DNA of 64,000 nucleotides, taken from NCBI GenBank assembly GCA_963840035.1, contig CAWIXE010000003.1, positions 1 through 64,000 of the forward strand, written 5' to 3'. Under the pieces are notes generated by a model. It ran no database searches. It worked only from the letters and a program-made list of their open reading frames with translations, and had not been told where the DNA came from. This DNA is from a candidate division FCPU426 bacterium (GTDB taxonomy: Bacteria > Oederibacteriota > PGYV01 > Palsa-1178). Below, in pieces: positions 1-10,992 of this stretch. Each line of letters begins with the position of its first letter. The first letter of the stretch is position 1. The position numbers were made by a program, and so were the translations under genes.

Positions 1-430
1 CTGCCGCCGCCACGTCGCGCTGTTTGGCTAGGAGGTCGGGGGCGCTGGAGCGCCCGACCTCTGGCACAAGAGGCGCACAGTCGGTGGCCGCAACCGCGGG
101 CAATTCTCCAAATTTCACGCGGGCGGGAGAGGGTTCGCGAGTTTGACGACGCATTCGTCGCTTTCATGCGAAGAAGGCATGCGTCTAGCCCGCCGCCAGG
201 CCAAGGTTTGGCAAATTTCCGCCACCTCTCGGCGGGAAATTGCCTCATCGTTGGGTCGAGGAGACCAGCTCGGCTTGGGCGATCCGGTCGAACGATGGCA
301 CTTTCCCTGGGGCAGGTGGAGGGAAATCGCCAACGTTCACGGCGATCCGCACCCGAGGAGGTGTCCCCCGCGAACCTTCGCACATAAGTTCAGAGGCGGC
401 TGAAACAAAGTGCGAATCGTTCGGCGTCGG
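1..430. repeat. Mosaic palindromic intergenic element (REP/BIME-like), copy 1; truncated by the window start
   Basis: Nt 2-140 and 210-263 align in order with 18071-18263. Contains hairpins GGAGGTCGGGGGCGC-TGGA-GCGCCCGACCTC, GGCAAATTTCC...GGAAATTGCC (with an inverted copy at 289-332) and GTTCAG..CTGAA. No credible ORF. Confidence 0.8.
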
Positions 431-589
431 ACAGGCCCCGACCGCCCGCCCCACTCCCGTGCCGAACCTCACGGCGCCGCCGTGGCCGCCGGAGCCACCG
501 CCAAGCCACCCCGTCCCCAGCCCACCCGCGTCCGAATCCGCGGGCGACCGTGCAGAAATGCCCGCTGCTAACCCGTAGACCACCTTCGC

Positions 590-1493
590 CTAGCAGAAAG
601 TCGAGCGGCGCCAGGAACCAACGCGCAGAAACGACGGCCGGGAACCAGCACCACCGAACTTCTCCCGCAGCCGGTGGTAGAACGTCGCCTCGGCGAGCTG
701 CGCGAGGTGACCCTGGTCGTCGGCGAACCGCACCGTGATCTGGTGGTTGGGGTCGAGCGTGCACACCGGCCGCCCGTCGACGGTGACGTCCACCGGCTCC
801 TCCTGCGAGCGGTTCATGATCGCCAGCTGATCCTGCGGCGCCACCACCAGCGCACGGGCGGTCAGCGAGTGGGGCGCGATGAACGAGACCACGATGCCCG
901 CGACGCCCCAGGCCATCACCGGACCGCCATTGGCCAGGTTGTAGCCGGTCGACCCGGCGGGGGTGGCGACGACGAGGCCGTCGCAGCGCACGCGACCGAT
1001 GTCGTCCGCGCCCACCGAGTACTCGAGATCGGCCACCCGCTTGCCGGGCTGGCGGTGCATCGAGATGTCGTTGATCGCCATCCAGGGGCCGCTGTCGCCG
1101 GAGATCGCCAGCCCGGGCAGCGACAGCACATCGAAGTCGCCGGCGAAGGCCCGCCGGAATCCCGCCTGCGCCTGCTCGCGGTCGACCGTGGAGAGAAAGC
1201 CGATCTCGCCGAAGTTGACCGCGAACACGGGCACGCCGGTGCCGGCGTAGGCCCGCAGCGCGGTGAGGATCGTGCCGTCACCGCCGAGCGCGAAGCAGAT
1301 GTCGACGTCGTGGCGCAGCTCGGCGTCGAGCTCGAGACCGTCCGTGGGCCGCAGGTCGTGCTTGCGCGTCTCGACGGGATCGAGCCGGAGGACGGCGCCG
1401 GCCTCGCGCGCCAGCGCGAGCAGCCCCAGATCGCCGGGCCCGTCTCGGCGGGCGGCGGTGGGTGAGGACGGTGGCGGTGCGTATCGGGTTCAC
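590..1493 (-). CDS. nadK: NAD(+)/NADH kinase (apparent frameshift near 1440)
   Basis: LGGDGTIL, VNFGEIGFL, DGLVVATPAGSTGYNLANGGP motifs. N-terminus MNPIRTATVLTH is in another frame. The GTG start overlaps the tlyA stop. Confidence 0.9.
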
Positions 1494-2279
1494 GGCTCCA
1501 CCTCCCGCGCCGCTCGCTCGAGGTCCTCGACGCCGCCGCGGCCGGCCTCGGCGATCCAGACGAAGCTTTCCAGGTTGCCCTTCGGCCCGGGCAGTCCAGA
1601 GCTCGCGTAGCCGCGCACGGTGCAGCCCAGCTCGACCGCCGCACGACCGACGTCGACCAGCGCCTGGCGCCGGGCCGCCGCGTCCCGCACCACCCCTCCC
1701 TTGCCGACCTGCCCCCGACCGACCTCGAACTGGGGCTTGACGAGCGCCAGGCAGTCGAAGGCCGGCGCGGCGCAGCCGAGCACCGCCGGCAGGACCTTGG
1801 TCAGCGAGATGAACGACACGTCGATCGTGATCAGGTCCGGTGCGTAGGGAAGCTCGTCGCGGGTCAGCGATCGCGCGTTGTGGCGCTCGATCACCGACAC
1901 CCGCGCGTCTGATCGCAGTCCCCAGTCGAGCTCACCGTACGCGACGTCGAGCGCCACCACGTGCGCGGCGCCGCGCTGCAACAGGCAGTCGGTGAAGCCG
2001 CCCGTCGAGGCGCCGACGTCCAGCGCGTCTCCGGCCGGCGACGTCGAGCGCGAACGCGTCGAGCGCGTTCGCGAGCTTGATCCCGCCGCGGGAGACGAAT
2101 CGGGGTGGCGCGACGATCTCGAGCTCCACGTCCGGCGGCACGAGCTGGCCGGGCTTCTCCGCCCGGGCCCGGGCCGGGAGCAGCAGCACATCGCCGGCCA
2201 GGACCGATGCAGCCGCGCGCGAACGAGACGGGAACATTCCCCGTTCCAGCAACAAGCTGTCCAGGCGAACGCGCTTCAT
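1490..2279 (-). CDS. tlyA: TlyA family rRNA 2'-O-methyltransferase (apparent frameshift near 2030)
   Basis: S4-like MKRVRLDSLL, FVSRGGIKL, LDVGASTGGFTDCLLQRGA, IDVSFISL, LVKPQFE, GPKGNLE; classic dxs-tlyA-nadK order. Confidence 0.92.
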
Positions 2280-2380
2280 CGGCACGCGGAGGGTACGGGA
2301 ACCGGCGTTTGTCAGCTTTAGGGCCCCGGCCGCGACTCTCAGCTCGAGACGCAAGGCTCAAAACACTCTCTCTCCTCCTC

Positions 2381-2410
2381 GAACGGCCCGCCCCTCCCGG
2401 CGGGCCGTTC
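2381..2410 (-). terminator. GC-rich hairpin downstream of dxs
   Basis: GAACGGCCCGCC-loop-GGCGGGCCGTTC, 12-bp perfect stem just after the dxs stop; no clear U-tract. Confidence 0.45.
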
Positions 2411-2442
2411 CTTTCAGGGCGGCCCGCCGCTCCAAGAGCTCG

Positions 2443-4391
2443 CTACGGCGCCACCGAGCTGCGCTCCGCCACCGCCGCCTCGATCCGCTCCGCGATCCGC
2501 TGCGCCGGTGAACCCGACCTCCTCGTGGAGCAGCTTCGGCGCCCCGTGGGTGACGTAGCGATCCGGCAGCCCAACGCGCAGGATCCGCGGGCCGCCGAGG
2601 CCGGCGTCGGACAGGGTCTCCCACACCGCCGACCCGAAGCCGCCGGCGAGGACCCCCTCCTCGACCGTGACCAGCAGGTCGTGCTCGGCGGCCAGCTGGG
2701 CGGTGAGGCCGGCGTCGATCGGCTTGGCGAACCGCGCGTCGGCGACGGTGGCCGAGATGCCGCGCTCGCTCAGGATCGAGGCCGCCTCGAGCGCCTTCGC
2801 GACGCCGGTGCCGTAGCCGAGCAGGGCGACGCGCGCGCCCTCGCGCAGGATCTCGCCCGTCCCGATCGGGATCACCGACGGCGTCTCGGGCAGCGCCACG
2901 CCGACGCCGACGCCGCGCGGGTAGCGGATCGCGATCGGGCCGTCGTCGTAGAGCAGCGCGGTCCTCAGCATGTGAACGAGCATCGCCTCGTCGCGCGGGG
3001 CCATCAGGACGATGTTGGGCAGGCAGCGGAGGTAGGCGATGTCGAACGCGCCGTGGTGGGTGGGACCGTCGTCGCCGACGAGGCCGGCGCGATCCATCGC
3101 GAACACGACGTTCAGCTTCTGCAGGCAGACGTCGTGCACGATCTGGTCGTAGGCCCGCTGCAGGAAGGTCGAATAGATGGCCGCCACGGGCTTGCACCCC
3201 TGCAGGGCGAGCCCGGCGGCGAACAGCACCGCCTGCTGCTCGGCGATCCCGACGTCGTAATAGCGCTCGGGGAGCTCCTGCTGGAGGATGCTCAGGCCGG
3301 TGCCGGAGTTCATCGCCGCGGTGATCCCGATCACCCGCTGGTCGCGGCGGCATTCGGCCACCAGCGCGCGGCCGAACACCTGGGTGTACTGCGGCGGCGC
3401 GGGCTTGCTCGGTGGCGCCCCCGGCGCCGCGGCGACGGCAGCCGCCGGAGCGCCGCCCGAGATCGACTTCGGCTTGGCCGCGTGCCACTTCTCCATCCCT
3501 TCCAGCCCGCCCTCCTCGGCCGGCGCGAACCCTTTGCCCTTGACGGTGGCGCAGTGCACGACGACCGGTCGCTGGGCAGCGAGCGCCTCGCGGAGGGCAC
3601 GCCGGAGCGCGCGGACGTCGTGGCCGTCGATCACGCCCATGTAGGCGAAATCGAGCTCCTCCCACCACAGCCCCGGGCGCCCAGAAGGCCTTGAGCGACT
3701 CTTTCACGTGGGGTCCGAACCGCTCGAAGGCGGCGCCGATCCCCGCCGGGAGCTTGGTCAGCCCGCCCTCGAAGTCCTCGCGGGCGTGGTACAGCTTGGG
3801 GTTGAGCCGGACGCGGTTGAAGTAGCGCGACAGCGCGCCCACGTTGGGCGCGATCGACATCCCGTTGTCGTTGAGCAGGACCACGATCGGGGTCCCCTCG
3901 CCGCCCGCCTGATGGACGGCCTCGAACGCGACCCCACCGGTCATCGCCCCATCCCCGACCACCGCCACCACGTAGCCATCCTGCCCGTGGCCGCGGCGCA
4001 TCGCCTCCTTGATCCCGACCGCGTAGCCGATCGCGGTCGAGGCGTGGCCGGCGCCCATGATGTCGTGCTCGGACTCGTGGATGGCGCAGAACGGCGCCAG
4101 GCCCTGGTAGTGGCGGATCGTGTGGAGCTGATCGCGACGGCCGGTCAGGACCTTGTGCGGATAGGCCTGGTGGCCAACATCCCATAGGATCTTGTCGCGC
4201 GGGGAGTCAAGCAGCGAGTGCAGGGCGACGGCGATCTCGCAGGTGCCGAGGTTGGCCCCGAAGTGGCCCCCGATCTCGCCCACGGTTTCGATGATGTGCT
4301 CGCGGACCTCCTGGGCCAGCGTCTGGAGCTGTTCATCGGTGAGCCGGTGGAGGTCTTGCGGTCCCTGAATCTGCTGCAGGAGTGGTTGCAT
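2443..4391 (-). CDS. dxs: 1-deoxy-D-xylulose-5-phosphate synthase (apparent frameshifts near 3675 and 2500)
   Basis: GGHFGANLG, WDVGHQAYPHK, GAGHAST, VGDGAMTGG..LNDNGMSI, DVGIAEQ, YSTFLQRAYDQIVHD, DRAGLVGDDGPTHHG, split over ORFs 2358-4391 and 2414-3640. Confidence 0.95.
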
Positions 4392-5307
4392 TCAATATGT
4401 CCGCGTTGCGATGAAGTCGGTGATTTGCTCGAGCTCCGCTGCCCCGGCCGGCGCGGCCTGAGCGAGTGCCGCGCGGCGCGCGCTGATGCGACTCGCCCGC
4501 CAGTCGGCGCGCTCCCTCGAGCCCGAATTCGGTCACGTAGGTGCGCTTGGCCAGCCGCTCATCGCTGCCTTGGGGCTTGCCGAGCGCCGCTTCCGACCCG
4601 GTCACGTCGAGGATGTCGTCGACGATCTGAAACAACACGCCCAGCTCGCTAGCGAAGGTGCGGAAAAAACGGATTGTGTCAGGTTTGTGCATGGGGCTGA
4701 GCAGCAGCGGGCACTCAACGCTGGCACCGATCAACCTCCCCGTCTTGAGTTCGTGCAGGCGCCGCAGTCCAGCCAAACCGGACGGCGCGCCGGCCACGTC
4801 AACATACTGCCCCCCGACCATACCCATAACCCCGGTCGCCGACGCGAGCTCGCGCGCGGCGGCCAGCACTTGCGAGGGTTCTCCCGGCTGCTCGGAGAGC
4901 AGCAGCGAGAAGGCCTCGGCGTAGAGGGCGTCGCCGGCGAGGATCGCGACGTCCTCGCCGAACGCCCGGTGGCAGGTCGGCTGTCCCCGGCGCAGATCGT
5001 CGTCGTCCATCGCCGGCAGGTCGTCGTGGATCAACGAGTACGTGTGGATGAGCTCGAGCGCCGCGGCCAGCGGCAACACGCGCTCGGTCGGCATGCCCAC
5101 CGCTGACGCCGTCGCCAGGGCCAATACCGGCCGGATCCGTTTGCCTCCGGCGAGCAGCGAGTAGCGCATCGCCTCCTCGAGGCCGGCCGACGCCGGCTCG
5201 TGGGAGAAGTGCAACTCAGCCAGATAGCTCTCGACCTCGGTGCGCAGGTGGTCCGGGTAGACGCCCCCGCGTGCTGGCGGTGCCGCGGGCACGGCAGGCC
5301 CGCTCAC
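4392..5307 (-). CDS. ispA: Polyprenyl (farnesyl) diphosphate synthase (frameshift near the 3' end)
   Basis: GGKRIRP, HTYSLIHDDLPAMDDDDLRRG, GDAL, GMVGGQ, KTG, FQIVDDILD; GTG start overlaps the upstream stop. Confidence 0.92.
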
Positions 5308-5516
5308 GACGCCGGTAGCGGCAGCTGCCCGGGAAGATCCGGCAGCGGTTCGATCGCGGCCCGCGCGCGCTGGTCCACCTGGGCGCTGGCCTCCGCGGCC
5401 AGCCGTGCGCACTCCTCGATCAGCTCGAGCGCGGCCTCGGGTTCGAGTTCGCCGGCTCGCAACCGCTGCGCGGTCTCCTGCAGGCGCTCACTGAGCTCGA
5501 TCAGGGCATCCGTCAC
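5304..5516 (-). CDS. xseB: Exodeoxyribonuclease VII small subunit-like protein
   Basis: About 70-aa helical protein (LRAGELEPEAALELIEECARL) in the conserved xseB-ispA-dxs context. Confidence 0.6.
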   Translation of the reverse strand: MTDALIELSERLQETAQRLRAGELEPEAALELIEECARLAAEASAQVDQRARAAIEPLPDLPGQLPLPAS

Positions 5517-5628
5517 GCCCTGGAGAGTACCCGCAATCGCCGACCGGATGCCCCCGTGCTGGCCGCACCCACGGTTTTTCCGGGGACCCCACAAGTATCG
5601 TTCGCCACGTGCTCTGGGTAAGCGCGTA

Positions 5629-7384
5629 ATGCGGTTCGGGATCTTCTACGAGCTCCAGCTCCCGCGCCCGTGGAGCCCCCACAGCGAGGCGCACCTGCTG
5701 CGCGAGGCGCTCGAGCAGGTCGAACTGGCCGATCGGTCTGGGCATCGACTACGTGTGGGTGGTCGAGCACCACTTCCTCGAGGAGTACTCGCACTCCTCG
5801 GCGCCCGAGGTGTTCCTGGCCGCCGCCTCGCAGCGAACGAGCCGGATCCGCCTGGGCCACGGCATCGTCAACGTCATGCCCGCGGTCAACCATCCGGCCC
5901 GGGTGGCGGAGCGGATCGCCACGCTCGACCTGCTCTCCGACGGACGGGTCGAGTTCGGCACCGGCGAGTCGAGCTCCGCCGCCGAACTCGGCGGCTTCCT
6001 CGTCGACCGCGGGCGCAAGCGGGCGATGTGGCAGGAGGAGCTCGAGGCGATCGCGCGGATGATGGTCGAGGAGCCGTTCGCGGGGATCGAGGGCGAGTTC
6101 GTGCGGATGCCTCCCCGCAACGTCCTGCCCAAGCCGTTGCAGAAGCCCCATCCGCCGCTGTGGGTGGCGTGCAGCCGCCGCGAGACGATCCATCTGGCGG
6201 CGCGCAACGGCATCGGGGCGCTGTCGTTCTCGTTCGTCGAGCCCGAGGATGCGACCAAGTGGGTCAACGAATACGAGGAGCTGCTGTCGGGTCAGGAGTG
6301 CGTGCCGGCCGGGTTCGCGGTCAACCCGAACGTCGCCGTGGTGCTGCCGATGATGGTCGCGAGCACGGAGGAGGAGGCGATCGAGCGGGGAATCGACGGT
6401 GCCCACTTCTTCGGATATTCGCTGTCGCACTACTACAGCGGCGGGCGCCACTCGCCGGGAGTCACCGACGTGTACCGGGAGTTCCAGCGCAACCGCGACC
6501 GGGCCGGCTTCGCCCGCGACGTCGTCCGTCCCGACCAGGCGCCGCTCGCGGTCAGGCTGCTCCAGGAGGGCATGGGGTCGCTCCGCGGCGCGATCGGCAC
6601 CCCGGCCCAGGTCGAGGAGCTGATCGCGCGCTACGAGACGGCCGGCGTCGATCAGGTGATCTTCGTGCTCCAGGCGGGACCGAACCGCCACGAGCACATC
6701 TGCGAGTCGCTCGAGCTGTTCGCGGAGCAGGTGATGCCGCGGTTCGTGGACGGCCGGAGCGAGCGCGAGGCGGCCAAGGCGCGCCGGCTCGCGCCCGCGA
6801 TCGGGGCCGCGCTGGCGCGGCGCGGTCCCGCCCGCCGCCTGGACGCCCCGTACGTGATCGACGAGTCCTCGGAGCTGGCCGGCGCCGGCCCGGCGCGCCG
6901 GCCGCCACCGTCGGCGCGGGCGCGGCTCGAGCACGAGTGGGCCCAGCTGCGCGGCGCCGCCCGCCACCGCGGGATCGCGCTGATGGCGCGGTTCGTGCGC
7001 ACAGCCGACGAGGAGCAGCTCGAGCGGCGGTTCGGCACCGCGATCGCCCAGCGGACCCTGTTCACGGCCATGACCCGGTCGTTCGTGCCCGACGCGGCCG
7101 GCGGCTTCGAGGGCGAAATCGTTTACGAGCTCGAACGGCCCGTGACCCGGGCGGACCCGATACGGTGGACGGTCGAGATCGCGAACGGGCAGGCGAGCGC
7201 GCGGCGCGGCGCCGGCGTCGATCCCAAGCTGACGCTGCGCTTCCAGCTCGCGGATTTCATCCGCACGGCGGCAGGCACGATCGACCCGGCCGAGCCGCTG
7301 TTGAACAACCGCGCCTCGTTCGAGGGCGATCTCGCGCTGGCGGCGCGGGTGCCCGAGATGTTCGGCGCGCCCTCGCCCTACTGA
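5629..7384 (+). CDS. LLM-class flavin-dependent oxidoreductase fused to a C-terminal SCP2 sterol-carrier-like domain (frameshift near 5738)
   Basis: MRFGIFYELQLPRPW, VEHHFLEEYSHSSAPE, AERIATLDLLSDGRVEFGTG, PKPLQKPHPPLW; the C-terminus (F.PDAAGGFEG..WTVEIANG..FEGDLALAAR) is SCP2-like. Confidence 0.85.
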
Positions 7385-7398
7385 GCCCGCACCTCGGG

Positions 7399-8545
7399 TC
7401 AGAACCGCAGCAGCGCGGCGATCCCGAGATGGGGCCCGAGGTCGGGATAGTTGCGCACGAACAGGATCTCGGCGTCCTGGCCGAGGGCGGCCTCGACGAT
7501 CGCCTCGCGCAACGGCGTTCCGCGCTCGGCCGCCCCGCGCTTCGGAGCTGTCGGGCTCGATGCCAAACGACACCAGCCGGCCGCACTCGGCGCACGCGCC
7601 GCCCGGCAACGCGAAGTCTGGCGCCAGCAGGAGCGTCTCCACGCGACGGTCGTTCAGCGCCTCGAGCGTCGCCTCGGGTCCGCCGGTGGCCCGGCTTCCC
7701 GTGCCCAGCCCGGCCGCGAGACGGTCCAGAGCGGCGCGCTCGACGCGCTGCTCGTCGTGCTCGACCAGCGGCGCCACCGCGGCGCGGATCTGAGTGTCGG
7801 TGACGCTGGAAAGGTCGGCGTCCACGCGTTCGGGGACCAGCAGGGGCCGCAGCTCCCCGCTCAACAACTCCTCGAACCGCGCCACGACCTCGGAGATCCC
7901 GCCCAGCGCGAGCCGCTCGAACGGCTCGCGGCGCCAATCCTGCTCGAGCACCCCGGCCACGCGACGGAGATGCTCATCGACCTCTTCCTCGACGCCGCGC
8001 TGGTAGTTGGCCTGCGACAGGCCGCCGCCTTCGCTCTGGCCGCGGACGTCGTCCGCGACGCGCTCGGTGGCCGATAGCCGCCCCGCCTCGCCGGCCAGCA
8101 ACCGCGCCTCGCGCCGGTTGACCAGCACGATGCACCACCGGCGCTGCCAGGTGGGATCGACCAGCGGCTCGATGTAGGGAGTCCGGCCGAAGGAGATCCG
8201 CGGCGCGACCGGGCGGGTCAGCTGGATCGCCTCGAACAGCTGATCCGGTCCGGAGCTGAACACCGCCAGGCCGCGCGCCCCTTTGAATGCGGGTGGATCC
8301 GACAGGAGATACGCCTTGACCCGCTCGAGATCCTGACGGACTGCCTTCCGATCCTCGTGGTCGAGCTCCTGGTCGCCGTCGAGCTGGCGCCCGCCCTCGT
8401 CGAGGAGCGAGTCGATCTGCGTCTGGCGCGCCGGCCGCGTGGCGAACTGCACTGGGTCGAGATCGAAATAGACGCTCAGGACCGGATGTTTCGGGCTGCT
8501 CTGAAGCAGACGGCGTGCCGCGTCGACGGCGCTCACCGGCGGCAC
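7399..8545 (-). CDS. Bacterial archaeo-eukaryotic release factor family (baeRF/eRF1-like) protein (frameshift near 7540)
   Basis: PVLSVYFDLDP, GARGLAVFS, PYIEPL, GGGLSQANYQR loop, ALNDRRVETLL, CAECG, and terminal GIAALLRF in the shifted frame. Confidence 0.8.
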
Positions 8546-8553
8546 CTTACCTG

Positions 8554-10532
8554 TCAGCTGACGATCGTGAAGGACAGCCGTCGAGGCGCGCTCGTGGTTT
8601 CATCGGCGCTCGCGGTCAGCGTGACCGTATATGTGCCCGGCGCCAACGTACGACCGCCGATTCGGCCCTTGAACGACGCGATGATGTTGCGCCCGACGTG
8701 ACCGGCGGCCGAAAGGGTGCCCACTGTCACCGTCCGCGTGCACTCCGGCTGATGCTCGTTGGCCTTCGTCGCGGCCAGGCACTTGCCCGCGACGATGCGG
8801 CCGAGCAGGGGCTGCGTGAACACGAGCCGGACGCTCGCGGCGGCGTTCAGCCAGAACGAGAACGACGTCCCCACCGGCGGCTTGCCGTTCACGTTGCGGC
8901 CACGCTCGCGGAAGCGCGCGTGCGACTCGGTGAAGCTGGTCGCCGCCAGCGGCGTGTAGACGACGCCGACGTTGGCCTGAGCCGTATTGCCGAAGATGTT
9001 CCTCACTACGGCGGTGATCGAGTTCGCGCCCTGATGCAGCACCAAGGGCGTGCTCCACGATCCGCCCGCGGATACCGTCACCGCGTGCCCGTCGACGGTC
9101 AGCGAGGCCAGGCCGTTCGCGTCGCTCGCGCGTCCCGACACGACGACCCGACCGTTCAAGTTCACCGCACCGGCCTTCGGCGAGGTGATCGACACCGACG
9201 GGAAGAACCCCGTCTGCGCCGCCGCCGCCTCCGAGGCAACCGCGCCCGCGGAGAATCCGTTCGAGTACGTGAAGCCGAGTGGCACCGAGCCGGTCGCCGG
9301 CACCGTGCGCAGGTACTCGAGATCGACCCAGCTGAAGTTGGCGCTGGTCGTGCCGACGACCGTCTCGCTCGAGGGCGCGTTCGAGAACGTGACTGCCCCC
9401 TGAGCGCTCGAAGAGCCGGCCGACTGAGAACTCTGGACGAAGAACGAACCGGGCCCCGTCGAGCCCGGAGGCACGATCACAGCTCCGGGAGTGGTGTATG
9501 CGGTGAGGCCCATTCCGGTCCACGGGAAGTCCAGCAGCCCATCGAAGTTGGGCTGGTTGAACTGGTTGTCCTCGAGCAACGCGACCCCGTGTGAGTGACC
9601 GTCGGTGCTCGAGAAGTACTGCGTGACGCTCGCCACCAGCCCGCTGTCGGTCTGGACGATGTGCTGCCGGATCTCGATGCCGGCGGGAACCAGGGTCGAG
9701 CAGCTCTTCGAGGTGGGGGAAAGATCTCCGGATCGGGGCTGCACTCGACCGCCCGGTCGGTCTCGTTCAGCGCGAGATCGCCGGTCGCCGGGTCGATCGA
9801 GTAGCTGTAGGTCAGCGACGGGAAGCCCTGCGTCGGGATGGCAAAGCCCAGGTCCTCGGCGAAATTGCCGGGTAGGTACGCGTTGACGCCGTCGACCTGA
9901 AGCTCGGAGCGCCACGGGTTCGCGAAGCCGGTCTGGTTTTCGCCGTTCTCTGCGTTGAACCAGGCGTCGCAGACACCCAGGGTGGTGCTGGCGTAAGTGA
10001 CAGGATCGTAGAGGTAGGAATCACCGATCGTGCAATCGCCGAGCGAGTTGTAGTCAAACGCGCCCTTGGACTGCGAGTCGTACACGTCGTAGTACTCGAG
10101 CTCGCCTCCGGGAGCGTCGGCGTCAGTCACCTGATCGATCGCGACCGTCGGGCCGGTGAACGGGGAAGCGGCGCCCGGCGGGTAGTCGGTCGTATCGCCG
10201 TTCGGCACCGCGCGCAGGACGCAGGTTTGGTTCGCGATCGGACTGATCATGCCGGTGTAGCTGAACGAACCACCCGCCGCCACGGGAACAAACGACGCGA
10301 GCGTGGCGAAGCCCCCGCCGCCGTAGCAATTTATGTCAACGTGGTCGCCCGTCTTCCCGTTGCTGGTGCCGGTGACCGCGATGGTTTCGTTCGGTTGATC
10401 GTCGAGCAGGTGGGTACCCGTCGGCGAGGTCATCGTCACCGTCGAACTGGTCACGGTGGCGAATGCCGGCGCGGCGCCGAGCAGCGCCGCGATGACAACC
10501 ACGAGTGTCACAAGCGAGACCTTGAGCTTCAT
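8554..10532 (-). CDS. Secreted protein with Ig-like domain(s) and a C-terminal beta-sandwich (frameshift near 9720-9760)
   Basis: Signal peptide MKLKVSLVTLVVVIAALLGAAPAFA; Ig-like segment PSVSITSP..VSGRASDANGLASLTVDG..GANSITAV; ORFs 9477-10532 and 8554-9915 join. Confidence 0.7.
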
Positions 10533-10574
10533 GCCGTTGCCCCTGATACCCCCGCGCGGATGCTATCGGCGGCG

Positions 10575-10988
10575 TCAACCCCGATCCAAGGCCTCGTTGA
10601 CCAGTTCGTCGGCGCGGGCGTTCTGGGCCCGCGGCACGGTCCGGATCCGCCAGGTGTCGAAGCCGCGCAAGGCGGAGACCGCCTGCTCGTGGAGCGGCTT
10701 CATCGACGGGTGCTTGACCTTGTAGACGCCGCTCACCTGGCGGGCGACCAGCTCGGAGTCACCGATGATCTCGAGCTCGCGGGCGCCGAGCGCGGCAGCC
10801 CGCCCGACCCCGCGCAGCAGCGCGCGATATTCGGCCACGTTGTTGGTCGCCATCCCGATCGTCTCGGACACTTCTTCGACCACCGTCCCGTCCGGGCGCG
10901 AGACGACGACGCCGATCGCGGCCGGGCCCGGGTTGCCGCGCGCGCCCCCGTCGACGTGGAGCACGAGGCTCGTCTCGGCCGCGCTCAA
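10575..10988 (-). CDS. rnhA: Ribonuclease HI family protein
   Basis: VDGGARGNPGPAAIG, ATNNVAEYRAL, GDSELVARQVSGVYKVK, VPRAQNARADELVNEALD. Confidence 0.9.
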   Translation of the reverse strand: MSAAETSLVLHVDGGARGNPGPAAIGVVVSRPDGTVVEEVSETIGMATNNVAEYRALLRGVGRAAALGARELEIIGDSELVARQVSGVYKVKHPSMKPLHEQAVSALRGFDTWRIRTVPRAQNARADELVNEALDRG

Positions 10989-10992
10989 CGCG

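Noticed and set aside
2105..7803. Long alternative or antisense ORFs (e.g. 2105-3694 +, 5200-7803 +, and the C-terminal part of 5513-8545 -)
   Set aside because: Arg/Ala/Pro-rich shadows of real genes in stop-poor high-GC DNA; the 1010-aa ORF is baeRF reading through a frameshift into the LLM antisense strand.
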